A stretch of 50,279 bases of DNA from Bacteriovoracaceae bacterium (GCA_041586955.1 JBFGZE010000015.1:1-50279); one strand, 5' to 3'; positions 1 to 10,262 are shown, counted from the first letter of the stretch. A program made the numbers and translations. The notes: generated by a model from the sequence alone, not told the origin.

Positions 1-1
1 C

Positions 2-202
2 AGTACTTACGACTTAGATCAAAACCATCAACTTTCGCTTAAAGTGATGGCGATTGATGAGCAAAAAACTTATGAAAGAGTGGTTAATTTAATGGAGTTG
101 AAAGATCTCCTATTTCCAATCTGGAATAAGATAGGCAGTTTTTCCCCAAATACATCCCATTGCTCCGAATGCAGTTTCAGAAGGATATGCCAGTATAATT
201 AG
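2..202 (+). CDS. Partial (3' end) gene; C-terminal CxxCx5C Fe-S motif of PD-(D/E)XK nuclease type (AddA/AddB-like)
   Basis: Frame 2 is open from the window edge to TAG at 200-202 and ends ...FSPNTSHCSECSFRRICQYN*. This three-Cys tail is typical of AddB/Cas4-like nuclease domains. Confidence 0.6.
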   Translation, partial: STYDLDQNHQLSLKVMAIDEQKTYERVVNLMELKDLLFPIWNKIGSFSPNTSHCSECSFRRICQYN

Positions 203-254
203 CACCTTGTATCAAGGCCTAGCTGTGTTAAAATTTTAATGACATATTTATTAC

Positions 255-288
255 GAGTTAAGGATTAACTCTTACCTAGCAGGAAGCT
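255..288 (+). promoter_or_regulatory. Two GGA-loop hairpins in the 5' leader of the glt-like operon (candidate CsrA/RsmA sites)
   Basis: gagttaa-GGA-ttaactc (255-271, perfect 7-bp stem) and agc-AGGAA-gct (278-288), the latter overlapping the probable SD. Confidence 0.45.
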
Positions 289-998
289 TGATCATGAGTC
301 GATTGATTGTTTTTTTATCTTTCATGTTTGTTACCATTCCCATTTCTTTGGCCGCCGAAAGAGATCTTTATAGCTTTTCTTGGCTAGATCCAGATAAGGA
401 AGTCTACGTTCTTCAGAACAGGCGCTATAGAAAAAAAAATAAATTTTACTTCAATGTTGGAGCGGGAGTCACAACTTCAGGTGCATTCGTTGACTCTAGC
501 CTCTACCAGGGACGAACGGGGTATTTTTTTCGAGAAGAGTTTGGATTCGAAGTAATTTACGCAATGTCTGATGGCAAGGAAAATGAAACCGCTGCGAGTC
601 TAAGAAACGAAGGGGCCGCAGGCTCTAGGCCATTTCGCCGGATTGTCGATAATTACTTTGGCGGCATGTTTACCTGGGCGCCTTTTTATACCAAAACTAA
701 TACCTTTGATACGATCATCTATATTGATTGGATTCTTGGTGCTGGCGTGGCCAAAATTCAGGAAACAAGTAATGAGCAGGAATTTCTATTAGGGATTGAT
801 TCAACGGAAATGCGCACTCAAGATCATACAGGGCTTATCTGGAATATTGGAGCTCTCTTTTATATTAATGAGACTTTCGGAGTTAGAACGGATCTCACAA
901 CGACTCATTATAAAGCAGAAAAGCCGTCCAATATTTCCACAGAAAAAGTTTGGTACTCAAACTGGGACTTGGCGCTTTCTTTAAGCGCAAGGTTTTAA
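288..998 (+). CDS. Outer-membrane beta-barrel protein, GltA/GltB-like gliding component
   Basis: Signal peptide, VLQNRRY motif after the N-terminus, alternating amphipathic strands, C-terminal Phe (LSLSARF). First gene of the TPR/GltG operon. Confidence 0.75.
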   Translation: MIMSRLIVFLSFMFVTIPISLAAERDLYSFSWLDPDKEVYVLQNRRYRKKNKFYFNVGAGVTTSGAFVDSSLYQGRTGYFFREEFGFEVIYAMSDGKENETAASLRNEGAAGSRPFRRIVDNYFGGMFTWAPFYTKTNTFDTIIYIDWILGAGVAKIQETSNEQEFLLGIDSTEMRTQDHTGLIWNIGALFYINETFGVRTDLTTTHYKAEKPSNISTEKVWYSNWDLALSLSARF

Positions 999-1010
999 CA
1001 GGAGCTCCGG

Positions 1011-2432
1011 GTGATGAAATTACGAGTCCTATTTATTTTTGTTTTACTTAGCCAGGGGATAGTCGCTGATTCTGGCCGAGAGATATGGTCTTTGTTGGTA
1101 GATAAAAAAAATCGTATTAAAAACTACCCTAAGGTTGTCGAGTTATTAACTCAAAAGAAGCTCTACTTTACTTCGGTTCCTTTTATTAAGGAATATCTTG
1201 TCCGCAGCAATACTCCTTATAGTAGACGAATGGACCACCTCCTTGATGAGGTGATAACACATGTCGGAATAAGGCAGTTCGAAGTGTTACCGACATCCAT
1301 CCTACGAAAATATAAGAATCCAAGTGTGAAATATATTCTAGCAAAAAAGTTATTCAGATTCGGGAAATATGATCAGGCGATGTCTTTTTTAGAAACGTCG
1401 ATACCAAAATCACATCCTTCAAGGCCCTTTTTACTGTTAATAGAAGGGTCTATTCAAAGCATAAAAAAGCAGTATGGGACGGCCATTAGCACCCTCCAAA
1501 ATTGTGTAGAATTATCTGAAAAGCAAATGTCGACCATGAAAAAAAGCAATCGTTTTCGGCAATTGGTTATGAATCGAGACTATTGCTTGGCCGGGATTGC
1601 TCGTACATTATTTGCGGCAAAAAAATATAAACAAGCAAATTCAGCCTATTTGGATATCGACAAACGATCCTTTATTTGGCCTGAAATTTTGTTTGAAGAA
1701 GCGTGGAATAGCTTTTACCTAAAAGATTATAATAGGACCCTTGGGAAACTGGTGACCTATAAGGCCCCTCTTTTAGAGTATATATTTAATCCAGAAACAG
1801 AGTTATTAAAGGCCTTGACCTATATGGAACTCTGCCTTTGGAGTGACGTCAAAGTAACAGTGGAAGACTTTTATAAGAAATATCAGCGACCCTATAATAA
1901 GGTAGTTAGATTTCTTAATAAGGTTGGGAAAAATTATAATTACCATTATATGCTTTCTCGCAATTATGTAGATGGCCGTGAAAAGGGATTACCTCTTTTA
2001 AACAATCTTCTCGCTTATACCACTAAAGATCCCTCCTATATTGAAATGATGGAGAATTATATCAGTGGTGCTGGTGAAATTTCTCTTTTGAGGAGTAACT
2101 TTGGTGGTCAGTTGGGCGCGATTCTAGCGAAGTCATTAAAAGATACATTAGTTTTTCAGAAAAAACTGATCGGTGCATATACTCGGAAATCATTATTTAC
2201 GATGATGGGCCAATTAAATAAAACATTTCAGGGAATTTCCTATATCAATCTAGAAGTTCTGGGGCGGAAAAAAGAAAGTCTTTATGACCCTAAGAAGACC
2301 TTTAATCGATCACGGGGAGATATCAGAAATTTATTAAGAACAGAAAAACAATATTTTTGGGATTTTATCGGAGAGTTTTGGGCCGATGAATTAGGCGACT
2401 ATGTGTTTAGTCTTAAATCGGAATGTAAATAA
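1011..2432 (+). CDS. TPR protein, GltC-like (adventurous gliding motility)
   Basis: Signal peptide, TPR-like helices, WPEILFEEAWNSF, and C-terminal YFWDFIGEFWADELGDYVFSLKSEC resembling GltC-family tails. Confidence 0.75.
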   Translation: MMKLRVLFIFVLLSQGIVADSGREIWSLLVDKKNRIKNYPKVVELLTQKKLYFTSVPFIKEYLVRSNTPYSRRMDHLLDEVITHVGIRQFEVLPTSILRKYKNPSVKYILAKKLFRFGKYDQAMSFLETSIPKSHPSRPFLLLIEGSIQSIKKQYGTAISTLQNCVELSEKQMSTMKKSNRFRQLVMNRDYCLAGIARTLFAAKKYKQANSAYLDIDKRSFIWPEILFEEAWNSFYLKDYNRTLGKLVTYKAPLLEYIFNPETELLKALTYMELCLWSDVKVTVEDFYKKYQRPYNKVVRFLNKVGKNYNYHYMLSRNYVDGREKGLPLLNNLLAYTTKDPSYIEMMENYISGAGEISLLRSNFGGQLGAILAKSLKDTLVFQKKLIGAYTRKSLFTMMGQLNKTFQGISYINLEVLGRKKESLYDPKKTFNRSRGDIRNLLRTEKQYFWDFIGEFWADELGDYVFSLKSECK

Positions 2433-5311
2433 TGATGAGAACGTTTTTATTATTTTGTGCATTTTTATTAACAATTAACGCCAATGTTAACGCCAATGTT
2501 AATGATAGACGGGGGAAGATCCTCTCGATTATTGATGACGAATTGAAAGAAGTTACGCGTTTAAGTCGGACAATGGGAAGTCGGAATCCTGAGCTCCTCC
2601 TACGTATGGCAGAGCTTTATTTAGAAAAAGCGCGTTTGATTAGAGATCATGAGAATAAAGAATATCTCATTTTACCGCCGGAAAAGCGCCAGAGAGTTAG
2701 GAAGAAGGTTTTTTTTAAGGAGTCTTACGGGTATTTCATTAAAGCACAAAAAACCTGTTATTTTCTTTTGAAAAACTTTAAAAGGTTTAAAGGGAAGTCA
2801 AGGGTTTATTATATTCTCGCCTATAATGCAAAAGAGTTTCAAAAGCACAAGCAGGCCTTAACCTATTATAAGAAAGCCACACAAAATTCAAAACGACATA
2901 GTCGCACACATCATTTGTCGAAGTTGGCCTTGGCCGAGATGTTATTCAATAAAAAAGATTTCGCAAAGGCCTATACATTATATCATCAATCATTAACTGT
3001 TATAAAAGATAGATGGTGGACAAAAAATGCTTTTGATATGGCCTGGTGTGCTTTCAAAATAGGAAAGAGAAAAAAGGCCATTAACTTAATGCATGATATT
3101 TATAAGAAAAGTAAAAGTCCAAATTATATCGATATGAGTAACCTTGTGGAGCGCGATATTGGTTATTTTTATGTCGCCTCAAACCGCCTTGCAGGGGCAA
3201 AGAATTTTTATAAAAGTATTGGTAAGGATACAAGCGGTCATTTTATTAAAATTGCGAAATCTTTAAAAGGACAAGGCAAGTTCACAGATAGTGAAAAAAT
3301 GTTTCAGACCGCCTTGGATCTCACCAAAAATGAGAAAAGTGTTATTGAAATTAAAACAGAATTATTGAGTCTATACGACCGCTTTGGAAAAACCAGTGAT
3401 CATTTAAAAACCTGTCAATATTTAGTTTCTCAGCATCAAAAAGGAAATTTAACAGGCCCTCAATTAGAAATTGTTAAATATCATATCAATCGTTTTTCAG
3501 CTATTTTGCAAAAGCAAATTGCTGGTAAGACTTATGCAAAGTTAAGAACTTTACGAAAAAAGAAAGCTGCTTATGCCGCTGACTATTTTGCGTTACAGGG
3601 CACTCTCAATAAAGGGAGCAGGTATAAATCAGTATTCCTAGCGGCAGAAGCTTATTATGCAGGTACTGATTATAATAGGGCGATACCTCTTTATGATACT
3701 TCTTTTAAAGGGGCCCGACGTGCTAAAGACAAAAAGTTAGTAAACCTCTCGTTGGAGGGGATGTTGGCCTGTTTAGGACAAAAGGGCCTATCAAAAAAAC
3801 TAAAAAACGAATATTTGGACACGGTGTATCAGGCTTATCTAATTCAATACCCTAAGGGAAAAAAGTCGTTTGCAATCTATCAGCGACTTTTTTCCAAAGA
3901 AATGGAATTGAAGAAAGTAGAAAACGCTGAACGAACGTTAATGGCCTTTACAAAAAATTTTCCCAAGGCCTATGTTAAGCAAGAGGCCATGTTGGCAAAG
4001 TTAATGGACCATTATAGGAAAATAAAAAATATTTCCGGTATTAAAAAATTTGTTGCTCTCATTAAAAAAGGACAGCTTAAGGTATCGCGTAAATATGCAA
4101 AAAATTTGAATGCCTATCTTTTGACCGTTCAATTCGAAGGTGTCGAAAAAGCATCAAGTAAAGGACAGAAAAAAGCGGCGTTAGTTGGCTATCTGCAAAT
4201 ATATAAATCTAGTGATACATCAGCTATCGCTAAAAAAAATGCTGCCTATAATATTGCGGTCTTATTGCACGAACTTGGTGATATGGATAAGACCTTTAGA
4301 TGGCTAGAGCGTGCTATTAAATTGATGAACAAGCAGGATATTAAGAAGTTTAAATCAAGCTTCATCCTGATGGGAAATTCTTTATTTGAATCGCGAAAAT
4401 TTAAAGAAGCAAGCGTTTATTATGAAGGACTTCTAACAAAGCTTTGTCATACAAAGCTAAAAGAAAAATCAATTCTGTTCAAAAATGCTTATATTATCTA
4501 TCTCGCCGATAGAAGACCGGACAATGTCATTTCGCTGATCAATCAGGGGAAACAATGTGGGATTTCGATGGCGGAAATTTCTACGGCGCGTCTGGAGCTG
4601 ATTAAATTTCTTGCGGAGGGAAAAAGGTATACCACTCTTGAAGAGCAAGTCGCAATTGCCGGTAATTATAGGCCAAGTCGTTCTGAACTTATTATCTATC
4701 TTGATATTTTACGTAAGGCCTACGCAGCAACTGGGCGCATTGAAAATGCCAACCAGATGACCAGCAAGATTCATTCCTATTACCGCTACTGTGTAAAAAA
4801 GGGTTATGCTATTCCCCTTGAAAGTTTAGACATTATTGCAGACAAAAAATTAGAAAGTTTAGAAAGAATGGCCTTGAGTATCAGAAATGAAAAATTCAGG
4901 TTTCCCGAGAATAGCTTTAATAAAATCTTGAAACGAAAGTTTGGAATTTTAGAAAAAGTGACGAATAAATCACTCGAAGTTTTAAAGATTGGATCAGGGA
5001 AGGGAATCATTTTTTCCTATAATCGCCTGATTTTTACTTATGAATCATTAATACAACAAGTTTCCGAGTTTCGTCCTCAAGGAAAAAGTGCCGAGTATAT
5101 TAAGTCCTTTCAGGCAAGTATGAGCGGTATTATTAAGCCACTTAAAGGTAAAGTAAGTGAATTTAAAAGAGAGGCAAGGAACCATATTTTACGAAGTAAT
5201 ATATTGACGGATGAAAATTATAAATTTCTCTCTCGCAACCCTTTGCCTCTGGATTTAAAGTTTTTTACTAAAAATCGTGGAATAATTATGGATAGGGGAG
5301 GATTACGATGA
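2432..5311 (+). CDS. Large periplasmic TPR protein, GltD/AgmU-like
   Basis: 959 aa, signal peptide, ELLLRMAELYLE motif and many TPR-like repeats. Overlaps both neighbours; expected position between gltC-like and gltE-like genes. Confidence 0.7.
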   Translation: MMRTFLLFCAFLLTINANVNANVNDRRGKILSIIDDELKEVTRLSRTMGSRNPELLLRMAELYLEKARLIRDHENKEYLILPPEKRQRVRKKVFFKESYGYFIKAQKTCYFLLKNFKRFKGKSRVYYILAYNAKEFQKHKQALTYYKKATQNSKRHSRTHHLSKLALAEMLFNKKDFAKAYTLYHQSLTVIKDRWWTKNAFDMAWCAFKIGKRKKAINLMHDIYKKSKSPNYIDMSNLVERDIGYFYVASNRLAGAKNFYKSIGKDTSGHFIKIAKSLKGQGKFTDSEKMFQTALDLTKNEKSVIEIKTELLSLYDRFGKTSDHLKTCQYLVSQHQKGNLTGPQLEIVKYHINRFSAILQKQIAGKTYAKLRTLRKKKAAYAADYFALQGTLNKGSRYKSVFLAAEAYYAGTDYNRAIPLYDTSFKGARRAKDKKLVNLSLEGMLACLGQKGLSKKLKNEYLDTVYQAYLIQYPKGKKSFAIYQRLFSKEMELKKVENAERTLMAFTKNFPKAYVKQEAMLAKLMDHYRKIKNISGIKKFVALIKKGQLKVSRKYAKNLNAYLLTVQFEGVEKASSKGQKKAALVGYLQIYKSSDTSAIAKKNAAYNIAVLLHELGDMDKTFRWLERAIKLMNKQDIKKFKSSFILMGNSLFESRKFKEASVYYEGLLTKLCHTKLKEKSILFKNAYIIYLADRRPDNVISLINQGKQCGISMAEISTARLELIKFLAEGKRYTTLEEQVAIAGNYRPSRSELIIYLDILRKAYAATGRIENANQMTSKIHSYYRYCVKKGYAIPLESLDIIADKKLESLERMALSIRNEKFRFPENSFNKILKRKFGILEKVTNKSLEVLKIGSGKGIIFSYNRLIFTYESLIQQVSEFRPQGKSAEYIKSFQASMSGIIKPLKGKVSEFKREARNHILRSNILTDENYKFLSRNPLPLDLKFFTKNRGIIMDRGGLR
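2475..2502 (+). repeat. 12-bp tandem duplication (ttaacgccaatg x2.3) encoding NANV-NANV
   Basis: Directly visible; in frame, at the end of the signal peptide. Confidence 0.85.
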
Positions 5312-6207
5312 AGTATCTTATTCTGATATTAATGGTGGCAACTTTCTATTCATGTGGATCTAACGAAGTTAAAAATAAGCCGGCAAATGAGTTTTCCGAA
5401 ATTGAAGATAAGGACTTTGCTAAGCTTAAGCCTCAAATACTTAATAAATCGACTGACGCTTTCTTTGAAAGGGTTGGGAATTATGATTCCACCAGCTCTG
5501 AGAGCGTGTCCCGAGTGCCAGATTCTCTACTCGATGATTTAACGGAATCTGATGATAAGTTAAATGAAATTATTTCACGTTGTCATAAAAAGGATTTTGC
5601 GAGAGCTTTTAAAATGATTGACCACCACCGTGCCTCTTATTTAAAACATCCAGGGTTTTGGAATGCGGTTGGATCTTGTTATTTATTAAGTGGCCTTAAA
5701 CGCAAGGCCTTGCTCTTTTATAATAAGTCACGAGAAATCGACTCTAAATATGCACCTCCGTATAACAATCTAGGTGTTCTTTACCTGAGAGACGGTAAAT
5801 CACAGAAGGCATTTACAGCATTTAAAAAAGCGGGGTCGATCAATCCTTTTTCCCTAACTCCTCAGTTTAATTTAGCGATGCTTTATTTAAGGTATGGATT
5901 TGTGGCCAAAGCTGAAGAGCTACTTAATTCATTGGCCATGCAGAACGATAATGATATTGATGTGATTAGTGGACTCGCTGTTGCAAAATTATTTAAGGGT
6001 GATTATGAAGAAGCGGTTCTCCACTACAGCAAATTACCGGCGAATATTCATCGCCGCTTCGATATTGGTATTAATTTTTCTGTAGCTTTGAAAAAAATTG
6101 GTCGCTCTCAAGACGCAAGGTCACTTTTGGCAAATCTTGAGCAAGGTTCAGGCCAGATAGAGCAAAATTATTTTAAACAGGTGAAAATTTATGTTGAAAA
6201 GAACTAG
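5308..6207 (+). CDS. TPR lipoprotein, GltE/AglT-like
   Basis: Lipobox-like FYSC after a hydrophobic stretch; TPR motifs (YNNLGVLY, FNLAMLY); ATGA overlap with the upstream gene. Confidence 0.75.
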   Translation: MKYLILILMVATFYSCGSNEVKNKPANEFSEIEDKDFAKLKPQILNKSTDAFFERVGNYDSTSSESVSRVPDSLLDDLTESDDKLNEIISRCHKKDFARAFKMIDHHRASYLKHPGFWNAVGSCYLLSGLKRKALLFYNKSREIDSKYAPPYNNLGVLYLRDGKSQKAFTAFKKAGSINPFSLTPQFNLAMLYLRYGFVAKAEELLNSLAMQNDNDIDVISGLAVAKLFKGDYEEAVLHYSKLPANIHRRFDIGINFSVALKKIGRSQDARSLLANLEQGSGQIEQNYFKQVKIYVEKN

Positions 6208-6454
6208 TATGCTTTTAACGATATTGTTTCTCGCATCTATTGGTACGAGCATCGCTAAAGATAAGGTCAAAATTATTTATAAATACGAGAAATATCAAAA
6301 ATTTGATTTTGAGGATATGTTTGTTGAAGGCGGAACAGATTCTCCAGGAGATTTGAGTATTAATACCAGAATGCAGAAAAAGTTTAAAAATAAATTACCC
6401 TACCGACGAACATTTATTAAAGAAATTCGCAAGGGAATAGAGAGAGTTCGCTAG
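6191..6454 (+). CDS. Small secreted protein, GltF/CglF-like
   Basis: Signal peptide then KFDFEDMFVEGGTDSPG, resembling the GltF 'IDFxDxxIEG' motif. Lies between gltE-like and gltG-like genes; true start may be the second Met. Confidence 0.7.
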   Translation: MLKRTSMLLTILFLASIGTSIAKDKVKIIYKYEKYQKFDFEDMFVEGGTDSPGDLSINTRMQKKFKNKLPYRRTFIKEIRKGIERVR

Positions 6455-6468
6455 AATAAGGAGTATTC

Positions 6469-8421
6469 GTGGAGACAATCATTACTGACAATATGCCAAA
6501 GTATGAATTAGTTCCTTCTGGCGTTAAAAAAGGCCAAAAAGGTTTTGGAATTACTAAAAGAAGAGTACTTATTGGTAGCTCTCTGGCCTGTGATATCTAT
6601 ATCCCACACTCAAGTGTGAGTGCCATTCATGCTGTTCTTGAAATCTCAAATTATGGGCAGAAAATTTACGATATGAATAGTGAGAAGGGAACCCTTGTTA
6701 ACGGCAAGAAGGTAGTAGTCAACGACATTTCTATTGGAGATGTCATTGGTCTTGGTAACCAAACATTTATATTTAAAGACTTTTCCGAAAAAGAGGTTCT
6801 TCCTCCAGCTCTTAATATGTTGAAGGAGTTGCCAAAAATGGCAAGGCCTACCATGCAAAAGGCAACCACTCAAAAGCATCTTCCACGTGTCGATTACCCC
6901 CTCGCTAAAGACCCTAAGGCCGAATTTAGCGAGTATATTTTTGAAGATGTGGAAACCCTCTATCCTATTTTTGATTATAATATTAACCATGGGGCCATTG
7001 AAATTATTATTTTATTTAACAATAAAATATTTTCAGTTGATTATTTACCCCAGAAAGATGGAATCTATAACCTCGTGGGTGTTAACCGCTCAGGAAGAGA
7101 TTTGGAATTTGCCTATTTAGGCAAAGAAGAAAAATGTCCTTTTGTCGAAGTCAAAGGCGACGACTTATTTATTTTTCCTTTAGATGGTTATGAGTTTTTC
7201 TGTATTGGAGATAAAAAACCTGGGAATGGTGATAACGGTCCTGTTTGCCTATGCGACAACGATATATTTCGCTTCTCCAAAGGTAGCACCCAGATATTTG
7301 TCAGACAAGCATCTGCCCCTCCTAAAGTGGCCCCGGCCCCTATTCTTCGTCGAGATCAAGATTTTAAAAAGTATTTATTTTTAGTTTTAGGGTTTTTGTT
7401 CATTTCACTGGCTGGTTTGTCGGTTTTCGATGTGGATAAAGAAATAGAAAAAGAAAAAGTGCCGGCGCGTATTGCGACTATTCTTTATAAAAAGAAATTG
7501 GTCGTGAATAAAAATCCATCTCCGGATAAAACGAAGAATGCACCTCCTAAGATAAAACAAAAATCACCGAAGCAGGTTAAGACTAAAAAAATAGTGAAAA
7601 ATCAAACAGAGCCTAAACCTAAAAAAACAAATAAGCGAGTGACGGTTAAATCTGGTTCCAAGACCGCCAAAAAAGTCGTGAAATCTAAAAAAGTTGCTCC
7701 CAATAAGGCCTCTGTAACACGAAAAAGTGCAAAAGTTACACCAACCAATAAGAGACCTTCTGGTAAAAAGAATATTGGGCGGTCACAAAGAAAAACTCGA
7801 TCTACTCGCGTTGCTAAGTCCCAAGGTAATGTAGACGTTTATAAGTCGATGGACTTTAAAAGTACGATTAGTAGCTTAATGGCCAAAGGTGGTTCTACGA
7901 AGGGAGTTAAGTCTGTTAAAAATGCTGACTCAAGCACAGGGTTTGGATCAGTTAGTAGTGCAGGTGCTGGGGCAACTTTAAAAACTGCACAAGTCAGTAA
8001 AAATGTCGGCAGTTTCTCTGGAGCCGCGTCAGGCTCTTTAGACACGAGTAAAGGTGTTGAGGGCCTGGTGAGTAAGAAAGGTATTTTTACTGTTGGAATT
8101 CCTGCCAAAACGATCATTCGCGGCGGCATGGACCCAGATGTCATTCGACGTATTCTTATGGAGCATTTACCTCAATTTCAATATTGTTATCAAAAAGCAC
8201 TCGACCGTTCGAGTCGCGCCTTTAGTGGCGTTGTTAAACTAAACTTTCTTATAGGAGCATCTGGCCACGTGACCAAGGCCGGAGCTCGGGGCCCTTCGTT
8301 GCCTTCGAAAGTACGTGGTTGTGTCATCAATGTCCTTCGAGGGATTCGCTTTCCTGAGCCTATGGGCGGAGGTGTTGTGGAAGTTAATCAGCCAATGAGC
8401 TTTTTTCCCAAAGGAAATTAG
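6469..8421 (+). CDS. FHA domain + TM + Lys/Pro-rich linker + TonB-C-like (AgmX/PglI C-terminal) protein, GltG-like
   Basis: FHA-like IGSSLACD...SVSAIHA...DMNSEKGTLVNG; one TM helix; Lys/Pro-rich linker; C-terminal IRRILMEHLPQFQYCY...CVINVLRGIRFPEP. SD aaggag precedes GTG. Confidence 0.8.
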   Translation: METIITDNMPKYELVPSGVKKGQKGFGITKRRVLIGSSLACDIYIPHSSVSAIHAVLEISNYGQKIYDMNSEKGTLVNGKKVVVNDISIGDVIGLGNQTFIFKDFSEKEVLPPALNMLKELPKMARPTMQKATTQKHLPRVDYPLAKDPKAEFSEYIFEDVETLYPIFDYNINHGAIEIIILFNNKIFSVDYLPQKDGIYNLVGVNRSGRDLEFAYLGKEEKCPFVEVKGDDLFIFPLDGYEFFCIGDKKPGNGDNGPVCLCDNDIFRFSKGSTQIFVRQASAPPKVAPAPILRRDQDFKKYLFLVLGFLFISLAGLSVFDVDKEIEKEKVPARIATILYKKKLVVNKNPSPDKTKNAPPKIKQKSPKQVKTKKIVKNQTEPKPKKTNKRVTVKSGSKTAKKVVKSKKVAPNKASVTRKSAKVTPTNKRPSGKKNIGRSQRKTRSTRVAKSQGNVDVYKSMDFKSTISSLMAKGGSTKGVKSVKNADSSTGFGSVSSAGAGATLKTAQVSKNVGSFSGAASGSLDTSKGVEGLVSKKGIFTVGIPAKTIIRGGMDPDVIRRILMEHLPQFQYCYQKALDRSSRAFSGVVKLNFLIGASGHVTKAGARGPSLPSKVRGCVINVLRGIRFPEPMGGGVVEVNQPMSFFPKGN

Positions 8422-8634
8422 ACTTATAATGGTAAGGTGACTGTTTTCCTTTGATCATTATGTGATTGAGGTTTTCAATTATAAAGTTAGCTAATAAGTA
8501 AACAGATTTCACTTTATGAGCACTGGAAGGGGGTGGAGATTAATCTTCAGGACCTCAATGGCCTTCAGAGTGGATAACTTATTAACCTTGCGAATGATCG
8601 GATTGCTTTCTAATTAAGCATTTGTTCATTGATA

Positions 8635-9711
8635 TTAACCAAACTTTAAAGCATCTACTGGGCAAATATCAATACAGCCACCACAACCAATACACAATGT
8701 CGTATCTAGGCCAAACTCGCCCATTATAGGAACTTTGTTCTTATGGGCATACTCTGCAACATCAATGCCCATAGGGCAGGCCTGAGAGCATAGGTTAATG
8801 CCCTTGCATGCATCATTTGCGACAACTTTAAATTTTGACTTTCCGTAACGGCCGATTAGTTCCATCATTTTTGCTAAAGGGCAACCATAGCGACACCAGA
8901 TGCGCGTCCCTAGAAAAGGATAGGCGCCTATTCCAATAAGCGCCCCGAAAAGTAAATCCATCACTAGATCTTGAAAGAGCTTTCCTGCGCTAAGTAAGCT
9001 TGTCGCAGTGACAATTTGCAGAAAATCAAAAAATAAAACCAGTCCATAGGCGAACCCAAAGGCCATAAAAAATAATTGAAGCTTTTCCACTTTTTTGGCG
9101 GTCGCACCAGTCGGAGTTTTATACTTGACCCAATTGGCGCCCCATTTAGTGACACCAATTGTTTCGGCGAGATTCCCACAGGCACAAAACCAGGAGCAAT
9201 AACGTTTACCAAAAAAATAAACGGAAATGGGGACTAAGATAAAGAGATAAATGAATCCTCCCCATGAGGTAAAGCCTTTAGAGATATAAACGTAGGCATC
9301 AGTCTTGGTCATTGAGGTCGCGTCGTAAAAAATATTTTGACCGGTTAGGAGAGGGACAATGAAATAGGGAAGCAGGTAGAAAATAATTAATTGGACAAAA
9401 AATATAGATAAAAATTTATTGCGTTGATAGGAATTGAGTCGAGTTTTCTTACCTTTCCTATAAGGGGATTGATTTCTCCAAAGGACCTGGCCGGCAATTG
9501 TACAAACAATCAATGTATAGAGCGTTGAGTACCAAAAGGAGGGGCTTTTATTTAAAAAATAGACTGTTCTTATGGAATCGAGTAATCCCCAGGATACTAG
9601 GTATTGCGGGTATTTATAGGTGGCATACATGATAATAACAAAAGGGAGAAAGAGATATAAAAATATTGTTTCGCCTGTCGATCTTTTAAGATCTCCTTTT
9701 GCGTAGCTCAT
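8635..9711 (-). CDS. Multi-pass membrane 4Fe-4S binding protein (NapH/RdxA/CcoG-like polyferredoxin)
   Basis: Several TM segments; RYCSWFCACG and RIWCRYGCP motifs; C-terminal CKGINLCSQACP and CIGCGGCIDICP. Confidence 0.8.
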   Translation of the reverse strand: MSYAKGDLKRSTGETIFLYLFLPFVIIMYATYKYPQYLVSWGLLDSIRTVYFLNKSPSFWYSTLYTLIVCTIAGQVLWRNQSPYRKGKKTRLNSYQRNKFLSIFFVQLIIFYLLPYFIVPLLTGQNIFYDATSMTKTDAYVYISKGFTSWGGFIYLFILVPISVYFFGKRYCSWFCACGNLAETIGVTKWGANWVKYKTPTGATAKKVEKLQLFFMAFGFAYGLVLFFDFLQIVTATSLLSAGKLFQDLVMDLLFGALIGIGAYPFLGTRIWCRYGCPLAKMMELIGRYGKSKFKVVANDACKGINLCSQACPMGIDVAEYAHKNKVPIMGEFGLDTTLCIGCGGCIDICPVDALKFG

Positions 9712-9744
9712 AAATTAATTCCTAGAGGGGGGGGATTCTGTCAA

Positions 9745-10260
9745 TTATTGTTCGTCACCTAGGACTACAAATTTATAGGTTTTAAAACCCGCTTCAGCAC
9801 AAGTATACATAACTTTTTTAATCTGACTGTATTTAATGGATTTGTCGATAATCAAGTTAATAATTCCACTGAACTTTTTAGCATGTGGAGACGATTTTTC
9901 AATTTGCTTAATGGTTTGTTTTTTTCGTACCAATTCGTTAAAGAGGGGGATAATTCTCCGTCCAGAGTGGTCATGAAGGCGACCAGAATAAGTTTCTTGT
10001 TGGTATACTTCTTTAGAATCAACCCAAATGGTTTCAGGCGCGACCTGAACAATGATACCTGAAGTATTAAGCTCTCGCGATGCCGATTCAGGCAATTTAA
10101 TTCCTTGTGGAACATTGAGAACAACTCCCGAAGAGTTATAGCTCTTTAAGAGGAAAACGAGGAGAATCACCAGAATATCGAGTAAAGAAGTAATATCAAT
10201 ATCCATGACCTCTTTCTTTACTCTTTTGACTCTATTTCTTATTGAACGGTTTGATCTCAT
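9745..10260 (-). CDS. ExbD/TolR-family protein, AglS-like
   Basis: DITSLLDILVILLVFLLKSY TM segment with the conserved Asp; C-terminal IKKVMYTCAEAGF. Confidence 0.85.
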   Translation of the reverse strand: MRSNRSIRNRVKRVKKEVMDIDITSLLDILVILLVFLLKSYNSSGVVLNVPQGIKLPESASRELNTSGIIVQVAPETIWVDSKEVYQQETYSGRLHDHSGRRIIPLFNELVRKKQTIKQIEKSSPHAKKFSGIINLIIDKSIKYSQIKKVMYTCAEAGFKTYKFVVLGDEQ

Positions 10261-10262
10261 AA

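Noticed and set aside
2..202. Cys-rich tail as Cas4 of a CRISPR system
   Set aside because: No other cas genes and no repeat-spacer array in the window; the motif is shared with AddAB-type nucleases.
7480..7830. Histone-like Lys-rich DNA-binding segment
   Set aside because: It follows the TM helix of the GltG-like protein and is best read as the periplasm-spanning linker of a TonB-like protein.
8422..8634. Small ORFs or gene remnant in the 213-bp gap between convergent operons
   Set aside because: Only short frames (about 33 codons or fewer) with no SD or recognisable motif; cannot be supported.
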